Assembly: GCA_046563655.1 (NCBI GenBank)
Contig: CM102285.1
Span: forward strand, 6,386,001 to 6,450,000
DNA length: 64,000 bases
Source: Yuukianura sp. NJ FZ-2021
Taxonomy: Eukaryota
Direction: 5' to 3'
Shown in pieces: positions 1-10,261 of the stretch; the stretch's first letter is position 1; every line of letters begins with the position of its first letter. The notes under the pieces are model-generated. The model was not told the DNA's origin. It did no database searches and worked only from the letters and a program-made list of their open reading frames with translations. The translations under genes were made by a program, and so were the position numbers.

Positions 1-244
1 GTCAATGCCCAGACCGACAACGATATTTGAACAAAGACAAGTTCATGAAATCGATCGTTCTTATAATCGATCGATCTAAACAAAAAATTATGGAGGAATT
101 TCCTTAGTATTTTCTTGCCAAATCCAGAAAAAGTGAACAACGGGAGGAAAATGAGAGGAAGCGACAACGTCAAAATTAAACACAAAACCGACACCTGTAG
201 GTGCTCATGATCCTGTATTGACGATGACCACCATGTAATAACAT

Positions 245-620
245 TTCCCAAATACTAACATTTATGTAACTCAAATCAAAGTGCTCAAATGCAAATGGGT
301 TTGTAGTTATAGATCCAATGTAGTTTTCTGATGGTAAAAGTCCAATTAGTATCGGATCGCATATGAAACCAGAAATGAGATTTTCGTTGACGTTGGTAAC
401 TGTGCCATGGGATAGAGTATATGTTTTAATTTTGTTTCATTGGTAAGTTGCTGGCCTTCCACGCTCCCAAACTTGGAGAATTAAACTTAGTAATGAGAGA
501 AGGAGTTCGTGGCCCTGTACAATGAGGCGAAGTAGTAACCATCGCGTGACTACTACTGAAAACCAACTTGACAGTTAGGTCAAAAATGTAAACATGAGCT
601 AGTTGCACTTTCAGAGTGCA
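245..620 (-). pseudogene. Degenerate Maverick/Polinton (adintovirus-like) major capsid protein fragment
   Basis: Manual minus-strand translation of ~430-250 gives IKTYTLSHGTVTNVNENLISGFICDPILIGLLPSENYIGSITTNPFAFEHFDLSYINV. This resembles the Polinton MCP block ending NPFxFxHFDL. The upstream frame is broken by frameshifts and stops. Confidence 0.55.
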
Positions 621-871
621 TGAGAAAATGATGATATCATCTTCTCATTAATTTTTTCCAGAGACGGCGAGACAGTTATGAAGTTTAATTTTTTTCACAA
701 TGTAACTTTTCAAGCTCATCTCGTATCTTACGGCGTTGAGTTTTTGATGTCAATGATCACTTGGCATAAAAGATGCATCTTCGGTTGTGTACCATATGTA
801 AGACTTTGTAATTACACTAAATTTTTACGAATTTCGTCTCTCACAGTAATCAATTTAATAGATTGATCTTG

Positions 872-943
872 AGATCAACACAGATTTTGATTTCAAATTT
901 ACTTCTGTTGAAGTAGCTGAAGAAAGAAACTTTACAAAGTCTT
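872..943. repeat. 72-bp dispersed direct duplication, copy 1 (copy 2 at 2669-2740)
   Basis: AGATCAACACAGATTTTGATTTCAAATTTACTTCTGTT...TTTACAAAGTCTT occurs twice, with 3 G/A differences. Confidence 0.9.
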
Positions 944-1665
944 TCCACTAACTAACACAAAAAGTGCACCACTTTTCGTAAAGTTCATCGTCAAATATAA
1001 TTAACTTTGTCGGTTCTCCTACTGCACTTTCGATAAATTTAAAAAATTCTTTAGAGTCGGTAAGACTTATTTCACCAATCTTAGCCGCACCGTCTGGTGT
1101 GCTGATGGAGTAGGAGTTTATTTTGTTAGACTGATGAATGTAAGGAAATCCAAAGTTCCTTATAAGCCAATTTTAAATTGAGTTAGCTGCATGATCTTCA
1201 GCAGAGAATATCTCTAAGTCACCAACTCCACAAGTTTTTTAAAAGGTTAAATCAAAACCCCTTGAAAATGTCCTTTTGTCTTTTATGCGTTTGCCTTCAT
1301 GTCTCACTTTTTAATTGAGTTAAGTAGAATGTATTCAGTAAAGTTCACCAAAATCCCACAGGATTTAGATTATTATAGCTTTGAGACCAGTCTCCTAATT
1401 TCTGAGTGTTTAATTGTCTTTATCAGCGACTTCAGCAAAATCGTCTAAAATAAAATAATCCTTGTGAAAGCCATTGCGTCTAACAATGAAATTTTTGTCG
1501 ACTAGAGTGAAGACGTTAGACCTACACAAAACGACATTAAGTGTCAACGCTTTATTACTTAAGTCCAGTTGATCCATCTAAAACACATCTGATTTTGACA
1601 CTGTAGACATTCACTATACTTTGTCATTTCAAAATTCCGAAGTATCAATTTTGCCCTTGCTACCA

Positions 1666-2033
1666 ATGGAACAAGGAATTATTTCAGCAATTCTTGCAAT
1701 TCTTGTTCAGTTACGAATTCAACTGAGAGAAACCACTAAAGAGCTTTATAACACCAAGGATGCACTTTACAAACTGAGAACTGTAGTCGTAGAAAAAGAG
1801 AACGAAATTACAGTTTTCAAGCACGAGTAAGCATTTCCATTGTCAGAGGCGTATGTATTGTCTTTATTTGTTCTTTTTTTTATATCCACTTTGTTAGAAT
1901 CCTGAAATTGGAAGATGAATTGAAAAACGAAAGGAATGCAAGCGAGATGTGGATTAAGGATGCAGGAGATGTGTTTGCAAAAGTAATACAGACTCCACGC
2001 ATTTTACATCCAACCATTAACCCATCTAAATGA
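1666..2033 (+). CDS. Small two-exon coiled-coil protein, 98 aa (exons 1666-1826, 1898-2033)
   Basis: ATG at 1666, GTAAGC donor at 1827, polypyrimidine tract and TAG acceptor at 1897 (71-nt intron). Splicing keeps the frame open to TGA at 2031-2033 (...VFKHEILKLEDELKNERNASEMW...). AATAAA at ~2113. Confidence 0.55.
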
Positions 2034-2788
2034 GCATTTTTGAAGCTTGTCAAGTGAATTACACATAATTGTTCACAATTATGTAACACCTTTTCCCAAA
2101 AACACAATCTAAAATAAATAAACTTCTATCTGTATACAATCGGCATAAACTCGGCTTGTGTAATTTGAAGCTTGCTGCAATAAAATATAATTGCTCTGAA
2201 ATTTTTTAATTTATATAAAAATTTAATTTATAATATAATAAAAATTTATTTATTTTTTCACACATTTAATATCGATGTGAACATTCAATCTTTCTTTCAA
2301 GTTTCAAGGTTCGATTAGTCGCGGGTTAAAAGCAACAAGATTTTGTTTTCACTAATTTGCCATATGATTCTGAAATTACAAGAGGTGGAAAAGTGCTAGA
2401 GATGTGCTTGCAAAACTAGTGAAATATTCCGTACTGTTTACGATCAGTCTCAACCTCTTTATCATTAAAAAAAGTCTTCCAGACAGCGGATGTCTGCGGT
2501 TTTACATTCCTACGAGAAGCTGAAGCGCGACTTGTGAATAGAAATTGAGGTCTTAAGTTATAACTACCATATGTGCAAAATAGCTCATGGGGTTTGGTGT
2601 TTGTTCTTGCCAAACCTTATGCAGTTTTTGCGGTTTTTCGCACGAGACTCCTATCCCCCTCCCTACTAAGATCAACACAGATTTTGATTTCAAATTTACT
2701 TCTGTTAAAATAGCTAAAGAAAGAAACTTTACAAAGTCTTGTTCAAAAAAGTACATTAATTAAGTACAATGACAGTAATTTGTGGAAT

Positions 2789-2913
2789 TGTTACGGATCG
2801 TTATTGGGCTAGTGCACTGCCGAGGGTAACCCCCTCGGTAGTGTTTATTTATACTCATAGTGTTGAGCCACTTTTACATAATGTTGGGCGTCATGTCCGA
2901 ACACTCCTACCCT
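2789..2913 (-). mobile_element. 3' end of an LTR retrotransposon: PPT (2904-2913) and ~115-bp LTR (2789-2903)
   Basis: The minus strand reads CGAGGACG...AGGGTAGGAG (PPT), then TGTTCGGA...TCCGTAACA. The LTR contains TATAAATAAA and a hairpin (CACTGCCGAGGG/CCCTCGGTAGTG on the plus strand). No partner LTR was found. Confidence 0.6.
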
Positions 2914-3244
2914 AACATTGTTGATCGTCCTCGATCATAATTATAATTATAATTTTATTATTAAATTTATGCCGTTATTATAAAGGAAAAATACATAATT
3001 AGTATATATGCTTTTTTGTTTTGTTTTTAAGTTTTATTTTGCTTTTTATATGATTTTTCTTACCTATGCTGTTGTCTTAGAGGTAGAAGAGAGCTTTTGA
3101 GTTAAAAGGTAGATTAAAGATGAAAATTAAGAATTCGTGATTCTACATTTACTACTACTAAGGTACTACAGAAAAGTTGAAAAAGAAAAATGAAAGAAAC
3201 TTAAAACTTTAGATTAGGACAAAACTTGCGTGATTTCATAAAAA

Positions 3245-3900
3245 TTTAGGCTGAATTCTGTGCGGAACTGGCAGAGGACGAAGAGGAAGAGGATTCACTG
3301 TCAGACTCAGACAGCTTGACCTCGGCTGGGGACAATCATAGGTGTTTCTTCTTCTTTTTCTTCTTCTATTTTTCCTCCTTGCCGAATATTTCTTCTAAAG
3401 TTGCCACCTTCGTCAAGTGTTCCGGATTCACTTGTTCTTCTAAAGCCTGTCTTTTCAGAGATAATTTCGTGCCTTCCTCTTTGGTGGGTATACTCCCCTC
3501 TCGTCCCGAACATGAGGCTGCGTCCACTGGGCTTGCTGGCGTGATATTTCTGGAACCTGGCGTGATATTTCTGGCGTGATATTTCTGATATTATTGGGAT
3601 TTGATTTGACGCTTGTGTATAATGATGTTCGGCTACGTTTGTCGTGTATGTGTGGGAAGCTCTAGCCACTTCGCCAGGTCGTGAGTGATTTGCATTTGCT
3701 GTACGAAAGCAGTGGGGGTGCTCTCCTGGCTTGTGGATGGATATGGAATAAAATTTTCCGAAAAAGATGTTTTTGTCCCGTTTTAATCGTCTTGTATATC
3801 TCCCAATACGCCCTCGTGAACTGATCTGCGTCTGATTGTGGTTCAGTTTATGGTCGTCAATATGACATTTTCGTGAGTATTTGTTTGGTTGACGTGACAG
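3245..3900 (-). pseudogene. Degraded ORF of unknown function upstream of the PPT/LTR (basic then Ser-rich C-terminus)
   Basis: Protein-like pieces lie in shifting frames, e.g. EPQSDADQFTRAYWEIYKTIK and ...EEIFGKEEK*KKKKKKKHL*LSPAEVKLSESDSESSSSSSSASSAQNSA*. Short tandem repeats of CCAGAAATATCACG at 3540-3590. Confidence 0.35.
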
Positions 3901-3941
3901 AATGGAAAAAATACTAACGAATCTAGAATTTTGACACCGGA

Positions 3942-4227
3942 TTACCGTAAGTGATTTGTAATTTGTCGACAATGTTTACTTTTTATCAAGAAGGATGGAT
4001 ACTGGCGTCTGCGCCTTACGGTAACTGGGTTATTAAATAGTGTTGATGGCCTTGGTACTCCGTTTCTTTTTTGATACTGATAACATGCGTTGCACAATGG
4101 ATTTCCGCTAGTGACATTCCTCCAATATCTAGATCTAGTCGTATTGCACACACTGCATTTTCGAATGCATAAATCAGGGTCAGAGTTATTGAAAATATCT
4201 TGTGTAGAGGTTGAAGGTTGTGGAGTC
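3942..4227 (-). CDS. GATA-type zinc finger exon or fragment
   Basis: CSVC-NTTRSRYWRNVTSGNPL-CNAC-YQYQKRNGVPRP is C-X2-C-X17-C-X2-C with the GATA W/R, LCNAC and basic RP tail. A candidate acceptor (T-run...TTGCAAG) lies at ~4228. No complete gene model was found. Confidence 0.75.
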
Positions 4228-6506
4228 CTTGCAATAGAAAAAAAAATCGTTCGACCTTTGACCCCGATGAGGCCAAAGTCAAAATTTATGAAAATCAAAG
4301 GAGGGGAGGGCGCGCATTGTGTTTTACACTGCGTTCACCATGCTTGACACCAAACAAAAAATTAATTACGTTGACCCCTTCAAGGTCACGGAAGGTCAAA
4401 TAAATAAAAATTTATTTTTACAAAAATCATGTTGACTTTAAAAAGGTCAATTCAAAAACATAATTTATTTTACCCCGACCAGGTCAAATTTCATCAAAAT
4501 TTTGAAAAATTGTTGACCTTGCAAAAGGTCAAATCGAAAACATAATTTTTTGGCCCTTATGGGGTTAAATTTCAAAATTTATCAAAAACTAAAAAGGGAG
4601 GGAATTCAATGGGATGAACATTGTGTTGACCTTGACTGACCTCAACGTAAAAATTTGAGTTTGTAAAAAAACTCAAAGCAATAAAAAAAACCTTACTTTT
4701 AAAAATCATTTTAGTTCATAATTCGAGGTGAAATTCAAATCACCTGTAACTTAAGTAAATTTTCAACTCAAAAATATTTGACTACAAAACTTGACAAGAA
4801 CATGCAAGGCACAATGCCCTTTATTTATAAGATTCTGTAATTTTCAGAATAAACATGAAAACAATGTCAAATTGACAAAGCAATTTTAGAAGTTGAGATA
4901 CTTCGTAAAAATTCTCATTCTAATTCAAAATTGTACCGATATTTGTCCATAAACCTAACAATTTCATACTGATTAAAACAAAACCCAGGCATTTTGTTAA
5001 AAATTTCCACTTTGGGAAATAAATTACCTCTGAAATTTGTTTAACTTTGTATGTCGACTCCAGTTTCGCAAATACATGTTAAAGAAAGATTTTCATTGAG
5101 AAAATTAAATTCTCAGATTTGCTGAAACATGTAGGAGACTTCAAAGGTATTGCAAATTCAAGTAATAATTGCCTAACTAATTGCATCTGATTATTTAAAA
5201 TAAAAACTAAAATCATGATTCCTTGTACGCCGCCATTGAATTTGCTCTTAAGGTGAGGTAGAAACCTGAACTTCGCAAGTTCAAACTCAAAAAGCAGTCG
5301 GCTAAAGCGATTGAAGTGCAGAGTTAAAATGGTGTGTGACATGGTGTTTTCATGCAAAATAAATTTGTTTTACAAAAAGTTGCAAAAAGATTTATTTTTA
5401 ACTCAAACATTCAAAATCATGTCAAAAATTAAAAATTCCAAAAAGGACGCAGAAGTTACCAATAAAACCACAAGGACACCAAACTGAAAAGCTTAAAACA
5501 GTTTCCTTCACCTCACCAAAAACAAGGTCAACGAACCTAAGCGGTAACTCATGGAACAAAAGTAAGCTGTGTTGGTGGGTGAACTGATCAGTTCAATTCT
5601 TTAGATTATTTCTAAGTTTACTTATTCATATTTCAGTTCTAGTTTTCCAGTTAGTGTATTTTTACCCTACCAAAGGGGCAGGAAGGAAAGACCGTTCCTG
5701 GGGTTTTTCAATTTGTATCCAAAGTCAAACCCACATTCATTTCAGTGTTCACTTCTCAATTCAGTTCCATTTTTGAGCTTCGTCAATTAACTTCTAAATA
5801 AACATACTAGTAGTTTCATTCAACCAACGTCTTTTGAGCATCGCTTTCTTCTAACAATACGATCCAACACCAAGCTCTCCCACATTCACCTCATTTGAGC
5901 TATTCAAGCTGACCTTTGACCTTTCTGCAATTTATAATATTGGTTGTCATGTTCCATGTCACGCTCTCTATTGCAAACAGTTTTTAATTTTACATTATTT
6001 CATTTTTCTATTTTCAATTTTGCTCAATTTTATTTTTAGTTTTCTAGATGAACTTGGAGCCGCTGATGCACTTGGCTTCGTCATTCCTGACCCCGACCTC
6101 AGATGAACTCAGGAGAGTTCTTGCTCTAAGGAGGGAGGAATGTTATGAGATGAACATTACATCAGCGACAACTCCAACTTCACATCAATCCCCACATTCA
6201 AATCTGCTAATTAGTAATCTTTCTGTCTTTGAGTTAAAGCTTAAAACACAAAGGTCATTGCCTTTTAGATAAAAATAAATTTTAGTTTGCAAAATGTAAA
6301 ACAGGAGTAAAATGTAAAACTTTTAGCCTCGTTTTACTCCAGTGGTTTCCGGTCTGGGCCCTATAAAAAGACCCAGCGCTGCCTGTACATACAATTCATT
6401 CTGTTTTCTTGCTTCTGCCCGCTTGGACAGAGTTCAACTTTACTGCTCGACAGTTTGACCTCGGCGAGGTCAAACTGCCATTTTCCTTAAACTTTGAATA
6501 AAAATT

Positions 6507-6922
6507 TGTTGTCAAAATTAAACGCCCTTTTAATTTTGTTATTGATGGATCTTTTTAAGCAATGTTGCTGATTTTTATTTGGTCAAAAGAAACTTCAGAA
6601 AAAGAATCTTAAGTTTTAATTAGGACAGTTTCCTAGAGAGAGACTTGAAAGAGACTAACTGACTTTCCGGACTCCCGGGTCCTTTTGTTAACTGGCTTAG
6701 AATTTTCGGGAAGTTTCCAGAATATTCTGGAAGCTTCAAGACCAAAGCAACTAGAAAGGTTTTGAGGGTCCCCTATGTAATAACTTTGACCAGAAGTGTC
6801 ATATTTGGTTCCCCCTCAGCTCAACTTGTCATCGTAATTCAGATGTGAGAATCAGTGGTTGAGTTAACCTGTCAGCTAACTTTATATGAGAAAAGGTCAA
6901 GTTTTGACCTCTAAACTCAACA
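6507..6922 (-). repeat. 3' LTR of the copia element
   Basis: Direct repeat of 13743-14158. Preceded on the minus strand by PPT GAGGGAGAG (6923-6931). Confidence 0.97.
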
Positions 6923-7153
6923 CTCTCCCTCAAAAATTGACTTTTCCTGAGTTATTCCTACTTTCAACGTTTTAGATTTGTAAAGAAGATGAACAGACAG
7001 TTATTCCAAGAGTAAAACTTAATTCTAATTAATTGTAAGTTAACCTCTCCCAAATCCATATCTTACAGTAGGGAAGTAACTATCTATACAAAAATAGAAT
7101 TAGTCTAATAATTCTGTTTTTCTTTTAAATTTTTCTCGTTGGAATCTTGTTCC

Positions 7154-9442
7154 TCAGTCTTCTTCCGTTTCTTTCTTGCTTTCACTGACAGCATCCTGAA
7201 GTTTTGCAGCAGTGATTTTGATAATCGGAACTCTTTCCTTCCGAGCTCTGTAGTAACAGATACCAAGCGCAATACAAATCGCGATCATTGACGTCATTAG
7301 GAATCCAATTACAATTCCTGTCCATGGATTTTCTGTAAAGTAGGCTTCATGGGTGATTTTTATTTTCTCCATATTTTCTTCTAGCTTCTTGTCTTCATCT
7401 AGAAGCCCATGAAGTTCTAGCAGATTGGTCATGTTTAGCTTGTGACCTAAGTGCCAGTTTGCTTTTGAGGTGAAAATCCGGTCCTGTCCCTGGATGTGTG
7501 TTCCCTCGAAGATTGAACCCTCGTACAAGTAGTCATTGATTTTTATGCTGACTTCCTTGGGAATAGGGAAAACGTGATCTGGACAATTTGTTGTCTTTCC
7601 CCCGATTGTAATTTGGTTTCCGTAACAGTAAATGTAGTTGTTTTCTCCTTGTTGTTTGAGCTGGACAAAATCCTTCTCATCTCCAGGGTGAGTGGGCAAA
7701 CATTTCTCCACAGTGAAGTGTTTGGTCATTCCAGGAAGTTGTCCAGATGTACTACATCCAGCGTCTGGAGCGATGATGAGGATGTCATCGGCTGGTTCTT
7801 TAAAGTTGGCTCCGTATACGCAGTCTTCGTGTAGTGAGACAATAGCTTTCTTCGGTCCAATGTATTTAATTTCACAAGTTTGATTCTTGGTTTTGTGCAT
7901 CAAGGAGAAAGCATCAGCTTTTACTACTTTCAAATTTTGATCCAAGATTGGAACTTCAAAACGCATCTTCATGGCCATCTTGTCATAAGTCATGTGACAT
8001 GACTTTGGAGTTCCGAGATCCAGTGGGCATGAACTTCCACATGGGAGTGAAAAATTCAAATAGTCCAGAAATGGTACGAACAACTTTCTTTTCGTGTGCC
8101 ACTGACGATTAGTCTCCTTCAGAATTTGATTTCCAATCAAAAGCCTTCCAGTGATGGAAGAAATCAAAAAAGTTGTGTCGACTTGCTTTTCCTTAGACTC
8201 CAGGAAATCTCCAGCAAGTTTCTCCGTGAATTGTCTTAACTCGTCCAATGCTCTCCTATGGATATTTAAGCGTTTTTCGATTTCTTCCAGTTTCTTCGTG
8301 TGTTCCTGTGCCAAGTTTCCAAGTTCAGCCAGTGTCACCTTGTTTCCTGCAGAAGAAATGACAGCAGCAGTCCCCAGTCCAATGCTTGTAATCAGCGAAA
8401 TGACAAGCGTACTGAGGATGATTCCGGTCAATATGAATCTTTTGTGACGGTGATGAATTTCTGTTGTTTCTTCTGTTGGACACATTTTTAGAATTTCTGA
8501 GGTAAAAAGTTTGCTATAAATCTCCTCGCATCTTTCCTTGGCCATTTGAACATTATCCTGGTGGACGCTGTTGATGTCCAGCATTTCACATGGAGAGGTG
8601 AATTTAATCAGCAAATGCACTTGATTTGAGCCTTTGGTGACTTGAGTGTCACTTTTCTTCCATAGAACTGGAGAAGCCACTTGGAAATCACCGGAAGCTC
8701 CATGAATAAGTCCAAAAAATATCATCATCAGAAATCCAGCAGTGAACATGAGAGAAAGATTTTTGAATGTCCAATTGTTTGAAGTCTTTCTTTGTTCATG
8801 GAGAAAGTCATCGTTCCCACCAAAACACTTTCCCTTTGTCTTTTTCAAGAAATGATTTGGGTTTCCAAAGTCCGTTTCTTTCCTTTTTCTTTTGCCGTTT
8901 TTATGTGCATGTTGGTTCCACGGTGGCTCCTGTTTCCGTGGACCAGAATTGACAAGGTTCCTTCTCAAAAAATTTGAGTTTGGTGGAGCTGCCCTTGAGT
9001 AAAATCTTTTTTCTTGTGGACGAAGGACCTCAATGTAAGGATGGTTTGAGTGTCCACTTTTTCCGCTTTGACCTTTAACCTTGTTCCACTTCCCAAATTT
9101 TGAGTTTTCAAAAACTTGGGTAGTCACACTCCATTTAGGGTTTCTGTTTCTTCGGTTTTGCCCTTTTTCTTTCTTTGGGTTGAATTGACCCTTGTCAATT
9201 TCAGACTTTATGGCTTTTTGTTCTTTTTCAAAATTTTCAAACTGGACCTTCGGAGGGTCTATGTTCTGAAGGGTCTTCCCTCCTTCCTTTTGTGAGCGAA
9301 TTGCCACTAGAGCCTTAGCATTGGGCTCTCCCTGAGTCTTCAATCCAAGCATTGAGCGACAAAATTCAAATCTCCCGCGATTCAAAGGTTTAGTCAATAT
9401 GTCTGCCTTCTGATGTTCAGTTTGAACGTAGGTGACCTCCAC
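7154..9442 (-). CDS. env: RNase H C-terminus, basic linker and envelope (class I fusion-type) glycoprotein
   Basis: Begins with the copia RNase H end VEVTYVQTEHQKADILTKPL, then a ~190-aa K/R/N-rich linker. Then signal peptide LSLMFTAGFLMMIFFGLIHGASG (~8770-8690), furin site RHKR (8449-8438), fusion peptide FILTGIILSTLVISLITSIGLGTAAV and heptad repeat LAELGNLAQEHTKKLEEIEKRLNIHRRALDEL. Cys-rich region, sequons NFS/NQT/NMT, TM WTGIVIGFLMTSMIAICIALGICYY and a short tail. Confidence 0.85.
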   Translation of the reverse strand: MEVTYVQTEHQKADILTKPLNRGRFEFCRSMLGLKTQGEPNAKALVAIRSQKEGGKTLQNIDPPKVQFENFEKEQKAIKSEIDKGQFNPKKEKGQNRRNRNPKWSVTTQVFENSKFGKWNKVKGQSGKSGHSNHPYIEVLRPQEKRFYSRAAPPNSNFLRRNLVNSGPRKQEPPWNQHAHKNGKRKRKETDFGNPNHFLKKTKGKCFGGNDDFLHEQRKTSNNWTFKNLSLMFTAGFLMMIFFGLIHGASGDFQVASPVLWKKSDTQVTKGSNQVHLLIKFTSPCEMLDINSVHQDNVQMAKERCEEIYSKLFTSEILKMCPTEETTEIHHRHKRFILTGIILSTLVISLITSIGLGTAAVISSAGNKVTLAELGNLAQEHTKKLEEIEKRLNIHRRALDELRQFTEKLAGDFLESKEKQVDTTFLISSITGRLLIGNQILKETNRQWHTKRKLFVPFLDYLNFSLPCGSSCPLDLGTPKSCHMTYDKMAMKMRFEVPILDQNLKVVKADAFSLMHKTKNQTCEIKYIGPKKAIVSLHEDCVYGANFKEPADDILIIAPDAGCSTSGQLPGMTKHFTVEKCLPTHPGDEKDFVQLKQQGENNYIYCYGNQITIGGKTTNCPDHVFPIPKEVSIKINDYLYEGSIFEGTHIQGQDRIFTSKANWHLGHKLNMTNLLELHGLLDEDKKLEENMEKIKITHEAYFTENPWTGIVIGFLMTSMIAICIALGICYYRARKERVPIIKITAAKLQDAVSESKKETEED

Positions 9443-10261
9443 TTATTTCTCTTCAATTAAGTTTCTTGTGAAGTGATATCTCAGTTCGATATGCTTCGTA
9501 TTCTTATGAAACTGGTGGTTTTGGGTCAACTTAATGGCAGATTGATTGTCCACGTAAATTGGCGTTGGATTTGTCATTTTGATTCCCAATTCTTCCACAA
9601 ATCTCCGAATCCAGACAGCTTCCTTCGCTGCAGCAGCTAACGACACGTATTCGGCTTCACAACTGGATAATGCAATTGTGTTTTGTTTCTGACTCATCCA
9701 GCTTACCGGGCAGTCATTTATGAAAAAGACATATCCAGAAGTTGACCTTCTGGAACTTTGACATCCAGCAAAGTCCGAGTCGCAGTATCCAGCTACAGTG
9801 ATTTTGTTTGATTTGGGGCTGGAAGGAAGACGTAGCTCCATGGATCCCTTGAGGTAGCGTGCCACGTTTTTGGCCATCTTCCAGTGACTTTCGTCGTATC
9901 CAGTCAAATGTTGTGAAAGTTTAGACACTGCAAAAGCAATGTCAGGTCTCGTGCATCTTGCAACAAAAAGTAAGCTTCCAATCAATTCCCGGAATGGTAT
10001 GCCTCCAGTTTCTCCAGCCAGTACCTGTAGAGTAGTGTTAGGTTGCATGGGGACGTTGACTGGCTTACTTTCTTCGAGGTGAAAGTTCCTCAATATCTTC
10101 TTGATTTGTCCAGTTTGTGCCAAGTTCCAGCTCCCATCTTCTCCGTTGTTTAGTTCCAATCCAATGAACACTGAGGGTTTGGAGAAAGTCAGTGGGAATT
10201 TGTTGTTTAATTCTCTGACGACTTTCTCCAGGTCTTCCAGTCTTGGGCCAAGAGCTAGGGC
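9443..10261 (-). pseudogene. pol: Copia RT C-terminal half and RNase H (frameshifted from the upstream ORF; in-frame TAA at 9445-9443)
   Basis: Motifs FRELIGSLLFVARCTRPDIAFAV, GYCDSDFAG, RRSTSGY, SSCEAEY, VDNQSAI and TKHIELRYHF. Confidence 0.93.

Noticed and set aside
9443..9445. Programmed stop-codon read-through into env, as in plant sireviruses
   Set aside because: The stop lies inside RNase H before the ADxLTK motif and lacks the CARYYA context. A nonsense mutation is more parsimonious, though untested.
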